The position numbers were made by a program, and so were the translations under genes. The notes beneath the pieces are model-generated. The model did not search any database and was not told where the DNA came from. It saw only the letters and a list, made by a program, of their open reading frames with translations. Below are positions 25,641 through 36,637 of a stretch of 64,000 nt of DNA, piece after piece. Every line of letters starts with the position of its first letter. Position 1 is the stretch's first letter. Source of the DNA: an uncultured Clostridia bacterium (GTDB lineage: Bacteria; Bacillota; Clostridia; TANB77; CAG-508); NCBI GenBank assembly GCA_944388805.1, contig CALXKE010000009.1, positions 2,734 to 66,733 on the forward strand. The letters run 5' to 3'.

Positions 25641-27905
25641 CTAAATTATTCTAGAAACGACCTCCACCGCCGCCTCCGGCCTCCGCCGTCCACCACCACC
25701 AGATGAACCGCCTCCAAAGCCTCCACCTGAACTATATGATGATGAACTTAGACTTGATGAACTATTGCTTATAGCCGTCTGAACACTCTTATTTAATTCT
25801 CTTGTTAAATTTAAATTGATACTTTGATATATTAGTAGATTTGTATCTACTTGACTTGTATCTGTTATATACATTTTCATACGTTTTTCCACTTTATCCG
25901 CACAACCTAATACAGTAGCTGTAACTAAATATTTTTCCCATAATGTTATTTCGGGTAAATCCTTTTCATCAAATTTACTAAAATCTTCTAAGAATCGCTT
26001 ATGTGCTAACCATTTTGAATATGTCTCTTTTCCTTTTGATGTTCTATTTTTCTCTTTACTTCCTATCATTAAGTAAATAATATTTATAACACTGATTCCT
26101 ACAAGATATTCTAGAATTTGTAACCCACAGTCACTTAATCCATAGAATACACCAAATGCCATACATAAACTAATGATATAATTAATTCCAGCAAAAATGA
26201 TGTATGCAATTGTTCCCCCATTTTCTTTAAAATATTCTTTATAACCTACTTCTTCTTTTGTCACTTTCTTAAATTCATCGATTTTATTTATTAATATTCT
26301 AGCATTATATGTTTCATTTCCATAATTTTTTAGATCCTCTATTCTACATTTTTTATCATTTCCAACTATTTTGAATAATACACTTAATACAACAGCTTCC
26401 GCACTAGTACCAGTATATTTTTCGTCTAAAAGATTTAATGTTATATCTTTACTATTTGGAATTTGCTCATAAGATATTATTTTTTTATTGATTAAATTTA
26501 GAATCGTAGCAGAAAATCCTATATTCGTACTTTTTCTTTTCATTAGATATTCTATAACATTTGGATTATCTTCACTTGGAAAGTCTCTATAGTATTGTCC
26601 TTTAAACTTATGCCTTTCATCTATTATCTTTATAAGTTTATATACAGCAAAAACACCTATAATAGAATTAATAATGATAACAAAAATTGTAAACCCCTTT
26701 CTTAATCCAGCTTCTTTCATTTTCAATATTTCTTCTAAATTTTCATATATTTTTAAATATTCTTCCTTTGCTTCTTCATCAAATCCTTCTTCTATTTCTT
26801 CTTTAAAATCTTCTAATCTACTTCGAGTTAAAAAAGCATAATTATCATTTTCTAAACTTTCTAAACTATATTGTAAATTTTGTTTCCAATTTTCATTAAC
26901 CAAATCTTTTGTTTTCTCAATTCTATCTAAGAAGTTTTGTTTTTGCTCACTTTCTTCATCTAACTGATTTACTAATTCTAATGCTGTGTTATAATAATAT
27001 ATTCTTGGATTTTCTTCTAAATCCAGTACAGCTTGACTTGCTTCATTTTCTAATTCTAATTTTGCATTTGCTCTCTCACTATTTGCTGTATCTGCCATCA
27101 TTTGCTCATATCTTAAGATATTTTCTCTTCCATCTACATTTGATTTTTTTGTTGCAAGTGGCACAAGCTCTTTATTAAACATCACTCTTACAGTTTCTGG
27201 TGTATAGCTATCAACATTTGTATCTTCAAAATACAATGTCTTAGAATTTAAAATTTGATTTTTACCTGTTAATGGTCCATGGCTCCATATTCTAACATCA
27301 CTATCTTCTCCCGGTAAGTGTATTAAAACTTGAAAATCTTGTACATCTTCTTCAAAATATTCGCCAAGAACATTCCAATATAATTCTGCCACATCATTAT
27401 GTACTACTACGGCATCAGTTATGGTATATTCTATACAGATAACTTTGTTTTTATCATCTGGGCAATAAATCTTAAAATCTGTGCCAGAACTCCTTTGTGT
27501 AAGTTCATAGACTCCATATTTCCCATTAGATGCACTATTTACTTCTTCATAAGTATTTTCTACATTTCCAATATCACTAATTGAATGAAAATTTTCTTGT
27601 GATATATCATATACTTTTATATCTTTCATAGATGTTCCATTATATATATCTGTATTTCCTGCAAAGTTACTATATATTCCTGTAAAAGTAGTTGCATAAG
27701 TGTTTTCAAAATCAATATCTCTTAATCTACCATTATATTCCCCGTTAAGCCATGCTGCTTCTTTTATGGTTATGGAACCATCTTCATTAATCGTTATATC
27801 TTGGTATAATAGCCTTGTTGTTTCTTCTGATGCAAATACATTATTTGTTAAAAAAAATATAAAAAGAACAGCAATAAATACTAATAATATTCTTATTTTT
27901 TTCAT
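25641..27905 (-). CDS. DUF2207-family membrane protein
   Basis: 754 aa with a signal peptide, a large extracellular N-domain, TM segments and a Gly/Ser-rich C-terminus (SGGGFGGGSSGGGG). Confidence 0.75.
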   Translation of the reverse strand: MKKIRILLVFIAVLFIFFLTNNVFASEETTRLLYQDITINEDGSITIKEAAWLNGEYNGRLRDIDFENTYATTFTGIYSNFAGNTDIYNGTSMKDIKVYDISQENFHSISDIGNVENTYEEVNSASNGKYGVYELTQRSSGTDFKIYCPDDKNKVICIEYTITDAVVVHNDVAELYWNVLGEYFEEDVQDFQVLIHLPGEDSDVRIWSHGPLTGKNQILNSKTLYFEDTNVDSYTPETVRVMFNKELVPLATKKSNVDGRENILRYEQMMADTANSERANAKLELENEASQAVLDLEENPRIYYYNTALELVNQLDEESEQKQNFLDRIEKTKDLVNENWKQNLQYSLESLENDNYAFLTRSRLEDFKEEIEEGFDEEAKEEYLKIYENLEEILKMKEAGLRKGFTIFVIIINSIIGVFAVYKLIKIIDERHKFKGQYYRDFPSEDNPNVIEYLMKRKSTNIGFSATILNLINKKIISYEQIPNSKDITLNLLDEKYTGTSAEAVVLSVLFKIVGNDKKCRIEDLKNYGNETYNARILINKIDEFKKVTKEEVGYKEYFKENGGTIAYIIFAGINYIISLCMAFGVFYGLSDCGLQILEYLVGISVINIIYLMIGSKEKNRTSKGKETYSKWLAHKRFLEDFSKFDEKDLPEITLWEKYLVTATVLGCADKVEKRMKMYITDTSQVDTNLLIYQSINLNLTRELNKSVQTAISNSSSSLSSSSYSSGGGFGGGSSGGGGRRRPEAAVEVVSRII

Positions 27906-28000
27906 TTTTATCCCCCATATATAAATGAATGATATAGGAATAATAACTTAATCCTATATCATTTTTTGTCCATATAATTTGTTGCAAGTATATATTATTT

Positions 28001-28930
28001 TTATATCTTACCAGCTGAACCAAATACATCTCTCATTTTATGAGCAACTGTTTCTTTGATTAATTCTCTTGCTGGTGTTAAGTATTTTCTAGGATCAAAT
28101 GCACTTGGATCTTCTACAAATACTTTTCTAATTCCAGCTGTCATAGCTAATCTTAAATCTGTATCCACATTGATTTTAGAAACACCAGATATACTTGCTT
28201 CATGTAACATTTCATCAGGCACACCTTTTGCTCCTGGTATATTTCCTCCATATTGATTACACATATTAACTAATTCTGGTATAACTGTAGAAGCTCCATG
28301 TAATACAATTGGTGTATTTGGAATTCTTTCTTTAATTTCTTTTAAGATATCAAATCTTAATTTTGCTTCACCTTTAAATTTATATGCTCCATGACTTGTT
28401 CCTATGGCAATTGCTAAAGAATCACAACCTGTTCTTTTTACAAATTCTTCTGCCTGTGCTGGATCTGTGTACATAGCGTCAGATGCTGCTACATTGACAT
28501 CATCTTCTATACCTGCTAATTTTCCAAGTTCAGCTTCAACAACAACACCTTTAGAATGTGCATAATCTACTACTTGTTTTGTTAAGGCTACATTTTCTTC
28601 AAAATCATATTTTGAACCATCTATCATAACAGATGTAAATCCATTATCAATACACATTTTAGCTGTTTCAAAATCTGGTCCATGGTCTAGGTGAATGGCT
28701 ATTGGAACTTCTGGATATTCTTCTACTGCTGCTTGTACCATTTTCATTAAATATCCTATTCTGGCATATTTTATTGCACTTGAAGATGCTTGTAAAATAA
28801 CTGGTGATTGTGTCTCATGAGCTGCATCTGTAATTGCTTGTACAATTTCCATATTATTTACATTGAATGCACCTACTGCAAATCCTTCTTTCATTGATTT
28901 TTCAAACATTTCCTTTGTCGTAACTAACAT
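28001..28930 (-). CDS. fba: Class II fructose-1,6-bisphosphate aldolase
   Basis: 309 aa. GFAVGAFNVNNME, IAIHLDHG and LHGAS motifs. Confidence 0.95.
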   Translation of the reverse strand: MLVTTKEMFEKSMKEGFAVGAFNVNNMEIVQAITDAAHETQSPVILQASSSAIKYARIGYLMKMVQAAVEEYPEVPIAIHLDHGPDFETAKMCIDNGFTSVMIDGSKYDFEENVALTKQVVDYAHSKGVVVEAELGKLAGIEDDVNVAASDAMYTDPAQAEEFVKRTGCDSLAIAIGTSHGAYKFKGEAKLRFDILKEIKERIPNTPIVLHGASTVIPELVNMCNQYGGNIPGAKGVPDEMLHEASISGVSKINVDTDLRLAMTAGIRKVFVEDPSAFDPRKYLTPARELIKETVAHKMRDVFGSAGKI

Positions 28931-29026
28931 ATCTTTTCCTCCTTTTCGGGAATTTTTCCCTATTAAATTTGCTAAGGCTATTTTATTTCTAATTTACAGA
29001 TATGTCAAGAAAAAATGAGAAGAAAA

Positions 29027-29194
29027 TTATTCCTTCCCATAAATATAACTTGAACACATAGATTCTTCTGGCTGTTTTGTATTACAATTTTTAGTTGGTT
29101 CTACTTGAATTGCCTGTAACTTGCATAAATTTTGATTTGTTTCATTATATTTACAAGTTCCTACAGTACAATGTATCTTTTGATTTCCTTCCAT
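29027..29194 (-). CDS. DUF1540-family small Cys-rich protein
   Basis: 55-aa ORF below the ORF-track cutoff, with a GGAGGT RBS 6 nt upstream. Sequence: MEGNQKIHCTVGTCKYNETNQNLCKLQAIQVEPTKNCNTKQPEESMCSSYIYGKE. It fits the C.V..C.YN...C.A..I.V pattern. Confidence 0.7.
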   Translation of the reverse strand: MEGNQKIHCTVGTCKYNETNQNLCKLQAIQVEPTKNCNTKQPEESMCSSYIYGKE

Positions 29195-29273
29195 TTCGTT
29201 ACCTCCAAAAATTTGTATATGAACATCATTTTTTGTTCATACTATTATTATGTGAAATTTTTTTGTTTGTATT

Positions 29274-30041
29274 CTATTTTTGGAGAATATATCTTTTTAA
29301 ATATTTGGCAACACCATCATTTGCGTTCGTATCTGTTACAAAATTAGCAGATTCTTTCACAACCTTTTCTGCATTCCCCATAGCTACTCCAATACCTGCA
29401 TTTTTAATCATATCTAAATCATTGTAATCATCTCCAAATGCAATAATATTTTCGTCTTTTATATTCCATGTTTTCATTAATGATTGTATACTATTCCATT
29501 TAGATACTTCTTGATCCATGATTTGGCATAACTGTCCATTATCTGTAACGATACCTTTACATGTATTGGGTAAAATCTCAAGAAAATCTTGTGGAATAAT
29601 AGCTTTCTCACAAATAATTACTTTATATACTGTTTTCATATCTAATTTTGTTAAATCTATGATTTCTGTTGGTGCTTTTCCAAAAAAATCAGAAGTATCA
29701 AAATTTGAATATAATTTATCATTAATCTCAAAACAAATTTGGTGATATCCAGATTTTTCTGATGTTTCTACTATCTTATACACAGTATCTTTTGACATTT
29801 CTTTCTTATATAATATTTCTTTATCGTTGATTATACAAGCGCCATTATAACAAATAATGGGATTGTCTCTTAGTTTTTGAGGTACATATTTATAAGCGTC
29901 TCTTGGTGGTCGTGCTGTTGCAAATATAATTTTATTCTCTCTTTTTTTAAATTCTAATAAAGTATCTATTGTTTCTTCTGATACAGTTTTATCATTTCTT
30001 AATAATGTTCCATCTAAATCTAATACTAATAATTGGTTCAT
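29274..30041 (-). CDS. Cof-type HAD-IIB phosphatase
   Basis: LVLDLDGTLL motif I and GDDYNDLDM motif IV. An RBS favours the ATG at 30041. Confidence 0.85.
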   Translation of the reverse strand: MNQLLVLDLDGTLLRNDKTVSEETIDTLLEFKKRENKIIFATARPPRDAYKYVPQKLRDNPIICYNGACIINDKEILYKKEMSKDTVYKIVETSEKSGYHQICFEINDKLYSNFDTSDFFGKAPTEIIDLTKLDMKTVYKVIICEKAIIPQDFLEILPNTCKGIVTDNGQLCQIMDQEVSKWNSIQSLMKTWNIKDENIIAFGDDYNDLDMIKNAGIGVAMGNAEKVVKESANFVTDTNANDGVAKYLKRYILQK

Positions 30042-30110
30042 TTTATTTTTCTCCTTATATTTGATTATATATTCCAATTACATATAATTTTCTAAAACTT
30101 TTCTATTTAT

Positions 30111-31430
30111 TTAATTTGTTTCTTTTAGATAATCTTCTGTATTCCAAATAGCATATAAAGGAATATTTAATATGTGCTTATCTAATTTTATATTTAATAA
30201 AGAATATCTTATAGCAATTTTGGGATTATATTCTCTCATATATACTTTTAAACTTTGAGCTTTAACATTAATTCCTGCTTTTGCTTCAACAGGTATTATT
30301 AAATTCTTATAGGCAAACACAAAATCTACTTCACTTTGAAATTCGTTTGACCAATAATAAATTGTATTTACTTTTTTAACATTTCCTAATTCTTGAAGTA
30401 CAAATTGTTCTGTAAGTAATCCATTAAATTCATTATATATTGAATCCTTTTCTATTATGGTTTCATAAGGTAGTTCACATAGAACTCTTAGCAATCCAAC
30501 ATCAAGTAAATATATTTTAAAAGCCCTTAAATCTTCATAGGCTTTCAATGGTTGCTTATCACCACATTTCACTCTGTTTACAACTCTTATTAAACCTGTA
30601 TCTTTTAACCAGTTAATTGAGTTTTCATACTCTCTTGCTCTTGCACCATCTTTTACAACACCATATATAAATTTTCTATTTTCTTTTGCCAATTGTGATG
30701 GTATACTGTTCCAAACATATTGTATTTTTGTTGCTGTACTACTATCTGTATGTTTTGAGAAATCTCTTTCATATGCTTCTAAAATACCATTTTGCACCTT
30801 TTCTACAAGTTCAAAATCTTTTTCCTCAATCCAAGTTTTTACTGCCCTTGGCATTCCACCTATAACAAAGTATTTTTTTAAATAGTCTTTTAATTTATCT
30901 GTGATTATATCTGGCAATGCTTCTAATGCATTTTTTTTAATTATCTCAATTATTGATGTTTCACCATTTGCAATTAAAAATTCTTCAAAATCTAATGGCT
31001 GTAATTCTAAGAAATCTACTTTTCCAACTGGAAATGAAACTTGATCATGAAGAAATACACCAAGTAAACTCCCTGCACAACATATTGCATATTCAGGAGT
31101 TTCTTCTGCAAAATATTTTAAAGATGTAAGTGCTCTTGGTAACTCTTGTATCTCATCAAATATGATTAATGTCTTCTCAGGTTCAATTTTCTTATGATTA
31201 AGTGCTGATAAATATTCTATAATTCTATTTGGTTCTATATTACCTTCAAATAAGTTTGCTATGTTTCCTGCATTTTCAAAATTGATGTATAACACATCAT
31301 CAAAGCATTCTTTCCCAAATTCTTGCAAAATCCATGTTTTTCCTACTTGTCTAGCCCCTTTTAAAATAAGTGGCAATCTATCTTTTTTTCCTTTCCATTT
31401 TTTTAATTCTGTTATAATTTTTCTATACAT
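30111..31430 (-). CDS. AAA-family ATPase with DUF4143-like C-terminal domain
   Basis: 439 aa with Walker A (GARQVGKT) and Walker B (LIIFDEIQ). The C-terminal region is typical of AAA_14/DUF4143 proteins. Confidence 0.8.
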   Translation of the reverse strand: MYRKIITELKKWKGKKDRLPLILKGARQVGKTWILQEFGKECFDDVLYINFENAGNIANLFEGNIEPNRIIEYLSALNHKKIEPEKTLIIFDEIQELPRALTSLKYFAEETPEYAICCAGSLLGVFLHDQVSFPVGKVDFLELQPLDFEEFLIANGETSIIEIIKKNALEALPDIITDKLKDYLKKYFVIGGMPRAVKTWIEEKDFELVEKVQNGILEAYERDFSKHTDSSTATKIQYVWNSIPSQLAKENRKFIYGVVKDGARAREYENSINWLKDTGLIRVVNRVKCGDKQPLKAYEDLRAFKIYLLDVGLLRVLCELPYETIIEKDSIYNEFNGLLTEQFVLQELGNVKKVNTIYYWSNEFQSEVDFVFAYKNLIIPVEAKAGINVKAQSLKVYMREYNPKIAIRYSLLNIKLDKHILNIPLYAIWNTEDYLKETN

Positions 31431-31466
31431 ATTATCAGCCTCCTATTTTATTAATTTTTAATATAA

Positions 31467-31553
31467 ATCACATTTTCTTGACCAATAATTGTAATATTAA
31501 TCACATTTTCTTGACCAATATACCTATATTATATCACATTTTCTTGATCATAT
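31467..31553. repeat. Three tandem copies of a 21-bp core at exact 33-bp spacing
   Basis: atcacattttcttgaccaata at 31467 and 31500, and atcacattttcttgatcata at 31533. They lie 37-123 nt upstream of the ATPase start. Confidence 0.9.
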
Positions 31554-31735
31554 ACAAGTTTTCTATACAAATTTAAAAAATAAGCTAAACAATAGTAGAT
31601 TAGCTTATTTTTATTATCTTAGACAACAAAGTTCTGGGGTAGTAGGGCTGCAATCTTTGATTGCTATGTCGGGTCAGGTTCTTATTTTTTAGTCAAATTA
31701 TACTATGAACTTATTCATCATTGATACAATTTTAG

Positions 31736-32902
31736 TTAACCGTTAGATTCCCTCCATAGTTCTAGTTCTTCGCCTTCTAAATCAAATATGTTTTCCCCTC
31801 CAACAATTTCACCTGTGCTTGCATCAACATAATACTTTCTCGGTCTTTCATCAGGTCTATTTTTATAAGAAACTTCCACTACATAAACCTTTCGTATTTC
31901 TTGAGAAGCTTTATAAACATTGTATTGTAATATTGATCCATCTTCTAATGTAATTGTTCTTTCACCATCATCCATTCCATTTTCTTTTAGGTAAACTTCT
32001 CCATTCATATATTCAATTGACAAAGTTGCTGTTATTTTATCTATTTTGTATTTTTCGGTATTTACTTTGTTGTCAACTTTTTTAGCTATTTTAATAGCTT
32101 CTTTCTCACTAATAACAATTGGATTATTTTCAAATGCTACATCTTGTATATTAACTAAATACACATAATTAATCGTAGGAATAATAGAAATTTCAACACT
32201 TTGATATCTGTTTACAATCCCATCATATTTTTTAGCAAAAGTAGCAAACCAAAACCCTGATTTTTTCTCATCATCTCCTGTTCCATTAGTAAGCTCTACA
32301 AGCTCATATTCATCACCAAAACCATATTCCTTTTTCTTTTCTTTTACTACATCTATTACATTTTCTTTTGTAGTCGCATACTCCTCCATTAACTGGCTTC
32401 CTGTAAATTTAGTATCAATATTACCAATATTAAAACCTTTAAATTTTCCAGTTAATGCATCCACATCAATATATATTTCTCCGTCTAAAACAGTTATTGT
32501 ATATAATAGAGAATAAACATTAGGAATAGCTTTATCTAAAAACATATCTGTTATATCTTCTTCTGAAATTTCAATTCCAAATCTTTTTATTCCTTCTATT
32601 GCTTCTCTTTTTGCTTCTTCTTCAGTTATGATATTTTTTAAATCATCTTCATTAATTTCTATTTTTTCTATATAATTTTCTATTGTTTCTGGTTCTTTAA
32701 AGACTTTTTCATAAACAATACTTCCTGCATAGACAACTCCTGCTGTTAGGCCTATTGCAATGATAAATGTTGCCACCATTTTTAATAATTTATTTTGTTT
32801 CATCTTTTCCTCCGTATCATTTTTTATATTTGATAAAATTTTTTGAAAATTTTTATCAGCATTATATTCTTTTTCAAAATATTCTTTTATATCTTGTTTC
32901 AT
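31736..32902 (-). CDS. Membrane-anchored protein, probable anti-sigma partner (PepSY-like ectodomain)
   Basis: 388 aa with a single TM segment after about 40 aa. The start overlaps the stop of the upstream sigma gene by 1 nt. Confidence 0.45.
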   Translation of the reverse strand: MKQDIKEYFEKEYNADKNFQKILSNIKNDTEEKMKQNKLLKMVATFIIAIGLTAGVVYAGSIVYEKVFKEPETIENYIEKIEINEDDLKNIITEEEAKREAIEGIKRFGIEISEEDITDMFLDKAIPNVYSLLYTITVLDGEIYIDVDALTGKFKGFNIGNIDTKFTGSQLMEEYATTKENVIDVVKEKKKEYGFGDEYELVELTNGTGDDEKKSGFWFATFAKKYDGIVNRYQSVEISIIPTINYVYLVNIQDVAFENNPIVISEKEAIKIAKKVDNKVNTEKYKIDKITATLSIEYMNGEVYLKENGMDDGERTITLEDGSILQYNVYKASQEIRKVYVVEVSYKNRPDERPRKYYVDASTGEIVGGENIFDLEGEELELWRESNG

Positions 32903-33453
32903 TACTGTTCACCTCCATTATTTTTGATTTCGTCACCATACATTTCCCTTATATTTTTTAGCATTCTGTATAGCTTTGTTTTGGCCGTTGTTTCCTTTAT
33001 TTTAAGTTCTTTTGCAATTTCTTTAAAAGTCATTTCTGAAACAAAGTATAAATAAAATATTTTGCCTGTTAATAGGTTCCTTTTAATAATATGTTTCCAA
33101 ATTGTTTCTATATTATCCTTAGTTATCATTTGTGCTTCTATATCTATCTTTGAATCTATTTCAATCATTGTTTCTTCATCATCTTTTTCCTGAAAGATAG
33201 ATATTGTTTTTAATTTATTTTTTACATAAAAATGTTTTCTGATTTTATTTTTGGCAATTCCATGTATAAATGCCTTTAAATCTTTGATTTGTTTTCCATT
33301 TTTTAATGACTTGTATAATTCCATATAAATTTCTTGTATAATATCATTTACGTCTTCTAGATTAGAGCATTTACATATAATATATTTTAGCGTTACATCA
33401 TATGTTTTTTTGTATATTTCTTCAAATTCTTCTGATTCTTTTTGGGTACCCAT
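32902..33453 (-). CDS. Sigma-70 family (ECF-like) sigma factor
   Basis: 183 aa with region 2 (VNDIIQEIYMELYK) and a region 4 HTH (MTFKEIAKELKIKETTAKTKLYR). Confidence 0.8.
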   Translation of the reverse strand: MGTQKESEEFEEIYKKTYDVTLKYIICKCSNLEDVNDIIQEIYMELYKSLKNGKQIKDLKAFIHGIAKNKIRKHFYVKNKLKTISIFQEKDDEETMIEIDSKIDIEAQMITKDNIETIWKHIIKRNLLTGKIFYLYFVSEMTFKEIAKELKIKETTAKTKLYRMLKNIREMYGDEIKNNGGEQ

Positions 33454-33572
33454 GTTCTTTCTCCTTTCACTATATAAGTTCTTAAAAAATGGGAAAGAGT
33501 TTCATTAAAAAGAAAAAAGTAAGTCAAATATTAGACTTACTCTATAATAATTTATTTAATTTTACCATATAT

Positions 33573-34269
33573 TCATGATTCTGTATCACATTTTTCTTTA
33601 ATACATTTTCTAGGTGGTTCTTTAAAGCTCAAATACCAACTGATTCCATTTCTATTATTCTCTATTTCACTTACACGTTCTACAAGTTCTTCATAGGTTT
33701 TAGGTGGTGAAACAATGACTGGTTGATTAGGAATCCAATTGGCTGCTGTCGAACCTTGTGCACAATCTGCCATTTGTAATGCTTGCACAACTCTAATAAT
33801 TTCTGGTATAAACCTTCCTACATTCATTGGATAAATTAAAATTGTCCTAATAATTCCTTTGTCATCTATAATATAGACATTTCTGACGGTTTCTGTATTA
33901 CTAATATCATTTGAAATCATTCCATATCTTCTTGCAATTTCTCCATTTCTATCAGCAATGATTGGGAAAGATATCTTTATACCTGTTCTACAGTATATAT
34001 CATATACCCATGCTAAGTGTGAAGAATTACTGTCTACACTTAATCCTAACAATTCTGTATTTAATTGTTTAAAATATGTATGTGCTTTTGTAAAAGCAAT
34101 CATTTCTGTTGTACATACTGGGGTAAAATCTCCTGGATGAGAAAATAAAATTAACCATTGGCCGTGTATAATCATTTAATGATACTCTCCCCATCGTTGT
34201 ATTTGCTTCAAATTCTGGTGCTCGTTGTCCTATTTTGACATTTCCATTCATCATTAACTCATAATCCAT
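33573..34269 (-). pseudogene. Peroxiredoxin (Prx6/1-Cys-like) split by a 1-nt frameshift
   Basis: The N-terminal ORF (IGQRAPEFEANTTMGRVSLNDY) and C-terminal ORF (GQWLILFSHPGDFTPVCTTE...) join if one base near 34164 is removed (acaCggccaatgg on the minus strand). Confidence 0.8.
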
Positions 34270-34407
34270 AAAATATAGTCTCCTTTCATTTTTATATATT
34301 TTATGGGTTATGGTTTTGTTTGGTTACTGTTAAAAAATAAAACCCTTATTAAATATAATAAAAAGAACTTATCCACATTTTTTATTGACAATGAGATATG
34401 ATAGTGT

Positions 34408-35532
34408 TTATTCAATCTCTTTATCTGACTTACTATCTTCTTCAATCTGTATGTTAGAAATATCTTCATTAAATAAATATTGAATAACTTCTCTCATATT
34501 TTTTATAGAGCCATATAAATTGTTTTTTTGTAACGCATCATATTTTTTTCTAGTTGATTGTAATAATTTTATTTTTTGTTCTTCAGATAGTTTAGAAATC
34601 AAATTTTGCATCATTTGCATTTCTTCTTTTTCGTCTATTTCTATTTGTTCTAATACAATACTATATAATGGTAAAGAATCTGAACCAGCTTCTAATAACA
34701 TTAAACTAGAAAAATAATCCTCATTACTGATAACGGCTTGCTCAAATGTTCTTTGGTTATTGGTCATAATTCTTCCATTTTTCCAAGAATCTATGCTGAT
34801 TTTCTTTCTGATTTCTTCTGGTAAGTAATAATATAATCTTTTATATTGTGTACCTGATATATCAAATGAAAAGCCTTCAAAGTCTTCTTTTAAAATTGAA
34901 CCATAAAGTGACTCTGCCTTAACTTTATAAGATTCTGTTAATTTATCAAAATAGTCTTGTAATTCTTTTAAGCCTTCTGATTTTAAAATATATCGTTTTT
35001 GTTGTTCAAATCTGGTACAAGCCTGTTCAAATTCTTTTTCTCCAAATGATTCTCCTTCTGTACAACATTGAACAAACTGTTCTTCAAACATTTCAGTAAA
35101 ATGTTCATCATTGTCATCTAAAATCACAAATTTTTCTATTTCTTTATGAAGTAATAAGTATAGTTGTATTTCTAACATTCTATTTTGCAAATCATCAGTC
35201 ATATCATCTAAATCCAAATTATATTCTACTCTTAATTTTTCATATAGTGTTCTCAAATTTGCATAATCTTCTGTTCTTTCATCTTCTGTAATTGGATCCT
35301 CTTTGATAGATTTTTTAAATTTGTCTATTGATATAGATTTTCCCCACTTACGCCAAGTAGAAATTAGAACAATTTTAGCCTCATATTTATTTTGAAGCTT
35401 TTGAAGATAATTAAGTGCATTATCATCAATATTTTTATATGTTCTTTCTTTTTTTGTTTGCATTTCTTTATATCTTTTGGTATAATTTGGACTATTTAAA
35501 ACACCATCTATATCTAGAAAAATTACATTCAA
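34408..35532 (-). CDS. Hypothetical protein with N-terminal HAD-like domain
   Basis: 374 aa with an N-terminal VIFLDIDGVLNS motif. The remaining ~200 aa are unassigned. Confidence 0.5.
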   Translation of the reverse strand: MNVIFLDIDGVLNSPNYTKRYKEMQTKKERTYKNIDDNALNYLQKLQNKYEAKIVLISTWRKWGKSISIDKFKKSIKEDPITEDERTEDYANLRTLYEKLRVEYNLDLDDMTDDLQNRMLEIQLYLLLHKEIEKFVILDDNDEHFTEMFEEQFVQCCTEGESFGEKEFEQACTRFEQQKRYILKSEGLKELQDYFDKLTESYKVKAESLYGSILKEDFEGFSFDISGTQYKRLYYYLPEEIRKKISIDSWKNGRIMTNNQRTFEQAVISNEDYFSSLMLLEAGSDSLPLYSIVLEQIEIDEKEEMQMMQNLISKLSEEQKIKLLQSTRKKYDALQKNNLYGSIKNMREVIQYLFNEDISNIQIEEDSKSDKEIE

Positions 35533-35562
35533 TAGTTTGTCCTCCTATTTTTTAGAATATTA

Positions 35563-36147
35563 TTAAATCGTTTTTAATTTTTGTATTTTCATATATATAT
35601 CATACCAACTAAATACTCTTGTCATGTTATCTAATTTCAAATCTCTATTATATCTGCAATCATAGCAAAATATATGTGTATGATTGACAAATGTTGGTAT
35701 GGTCTCTGGGCTATCCTCTATCATAATATCAATTTTTAAAGAGTCGATTTGTTTTGTTTTATCTGGTGAGAAATATAATTCATCATATAAGATATCATTT
35801 TCTTTTAGCCATTTTCTAACAATTTTTCTTGTTTTTTCTCCCTCTTCTGTATTTTTTGTTGTATTATGTCTTGAAGTGATAATATATATATGGTTTCCCT
35901 CTTCTTTTAATTTTCTTATCACTTCACTTGCATATTTTCTTGCTGGTTCATTTTCTATATAGTTCCAAAAATATTCTTTCCTATAATTATCCAAAATTTC
36001 CTTTGTCCAATTAAATTTACGATATTCATATCTATATGGATCTTCAAAACCTTCTAGTTTATTTTCAAATACATATTTTGTAGTTGTATCCATAATATAT
36101 TCATCATCATTTGTTAATACTCCATCTATATCTATTCCTATATTCAT
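35563..36147 (-). CDS. 5'(3')-deoxyribonucleotidase-like HAD phosphatase (NT5C family)
   Basis: 194 aa. IGIDIDGVLT motif I, IITSR and IMIEDSP. Confidence 0.7.
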   Translation of the reverse strand: MNIGIDIDGVLTNDDEYIMDTTTKYVFENKLEGFEDPYRYEYRKFNWTKEILDNYRKEYFWNYIENEPARKYASEVIRKLKEEGNHIYIITSRHNTTKNTEEGEKTRKIVRKWLKENDILYDELYFSPDKTKQIDSLKIDIMIEDSPETIPTFVNHTHIFCYDCRYNRDLKLDNMTRVFSWYDIYMKIQKLKTI

Positions 36148-36637
36148 ATTTTCCTCCTACATCGTTTTATTAGCTTCGTCATAATATCATAAATATTTTA
36201 AAAAATAAAGATGATATTGTTTTATATATAAAAAGAAAAGGAAAACCGTTTAAGACTCTCCTCTTCTTTTAAAAAGCTTTAATTTATAAACATTTAAACG
36301 ATTCTTGTTCCAAAAGGTGCTAAAAGCAAGTTTTGCAATCTTAAAGAACTGTAATTCAAATGGTATTCCCACAACACCCTCTTTTAAAGAGGGATTTCTA
36401 TTTTATATATATTTATTTATATTTCGTTAAATACAAATACATTTGGATTTTCTGCTTGTATATTAATCTCTTTTTCTTTCTTTACTCTACATTGCTATCC
36501 ATATACAGCAAAGGCCTCAAATATGGTCTTTTAGGATTGTCTAGACTATCTAATTCTTGCAATACATATCTTTTGGCAATTCTATATCTTTCTTATCTCT
36601 AATAATTTCTAATTGTTTATGCAGTTCTATTTCCATT

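Noticed and set aside
25650-25745. Sharply GC-rich patch in an AT-rich genome
   Set aside because: It encodes the Gly/Ser-rich C-terminus of the DUF2207 protein (GGN/GGC codons on the minus strand). It has no repeat or mobile-element structure. A frame problem at the extreme C-terminus is possible but cannot be judged by eye.
34369-34377. Perfect DnaA box TTATCCACA
   Set aside because: It is a single isolated copy with no cluster or AT-rich unwinding element arrangement that would indicate an origin.
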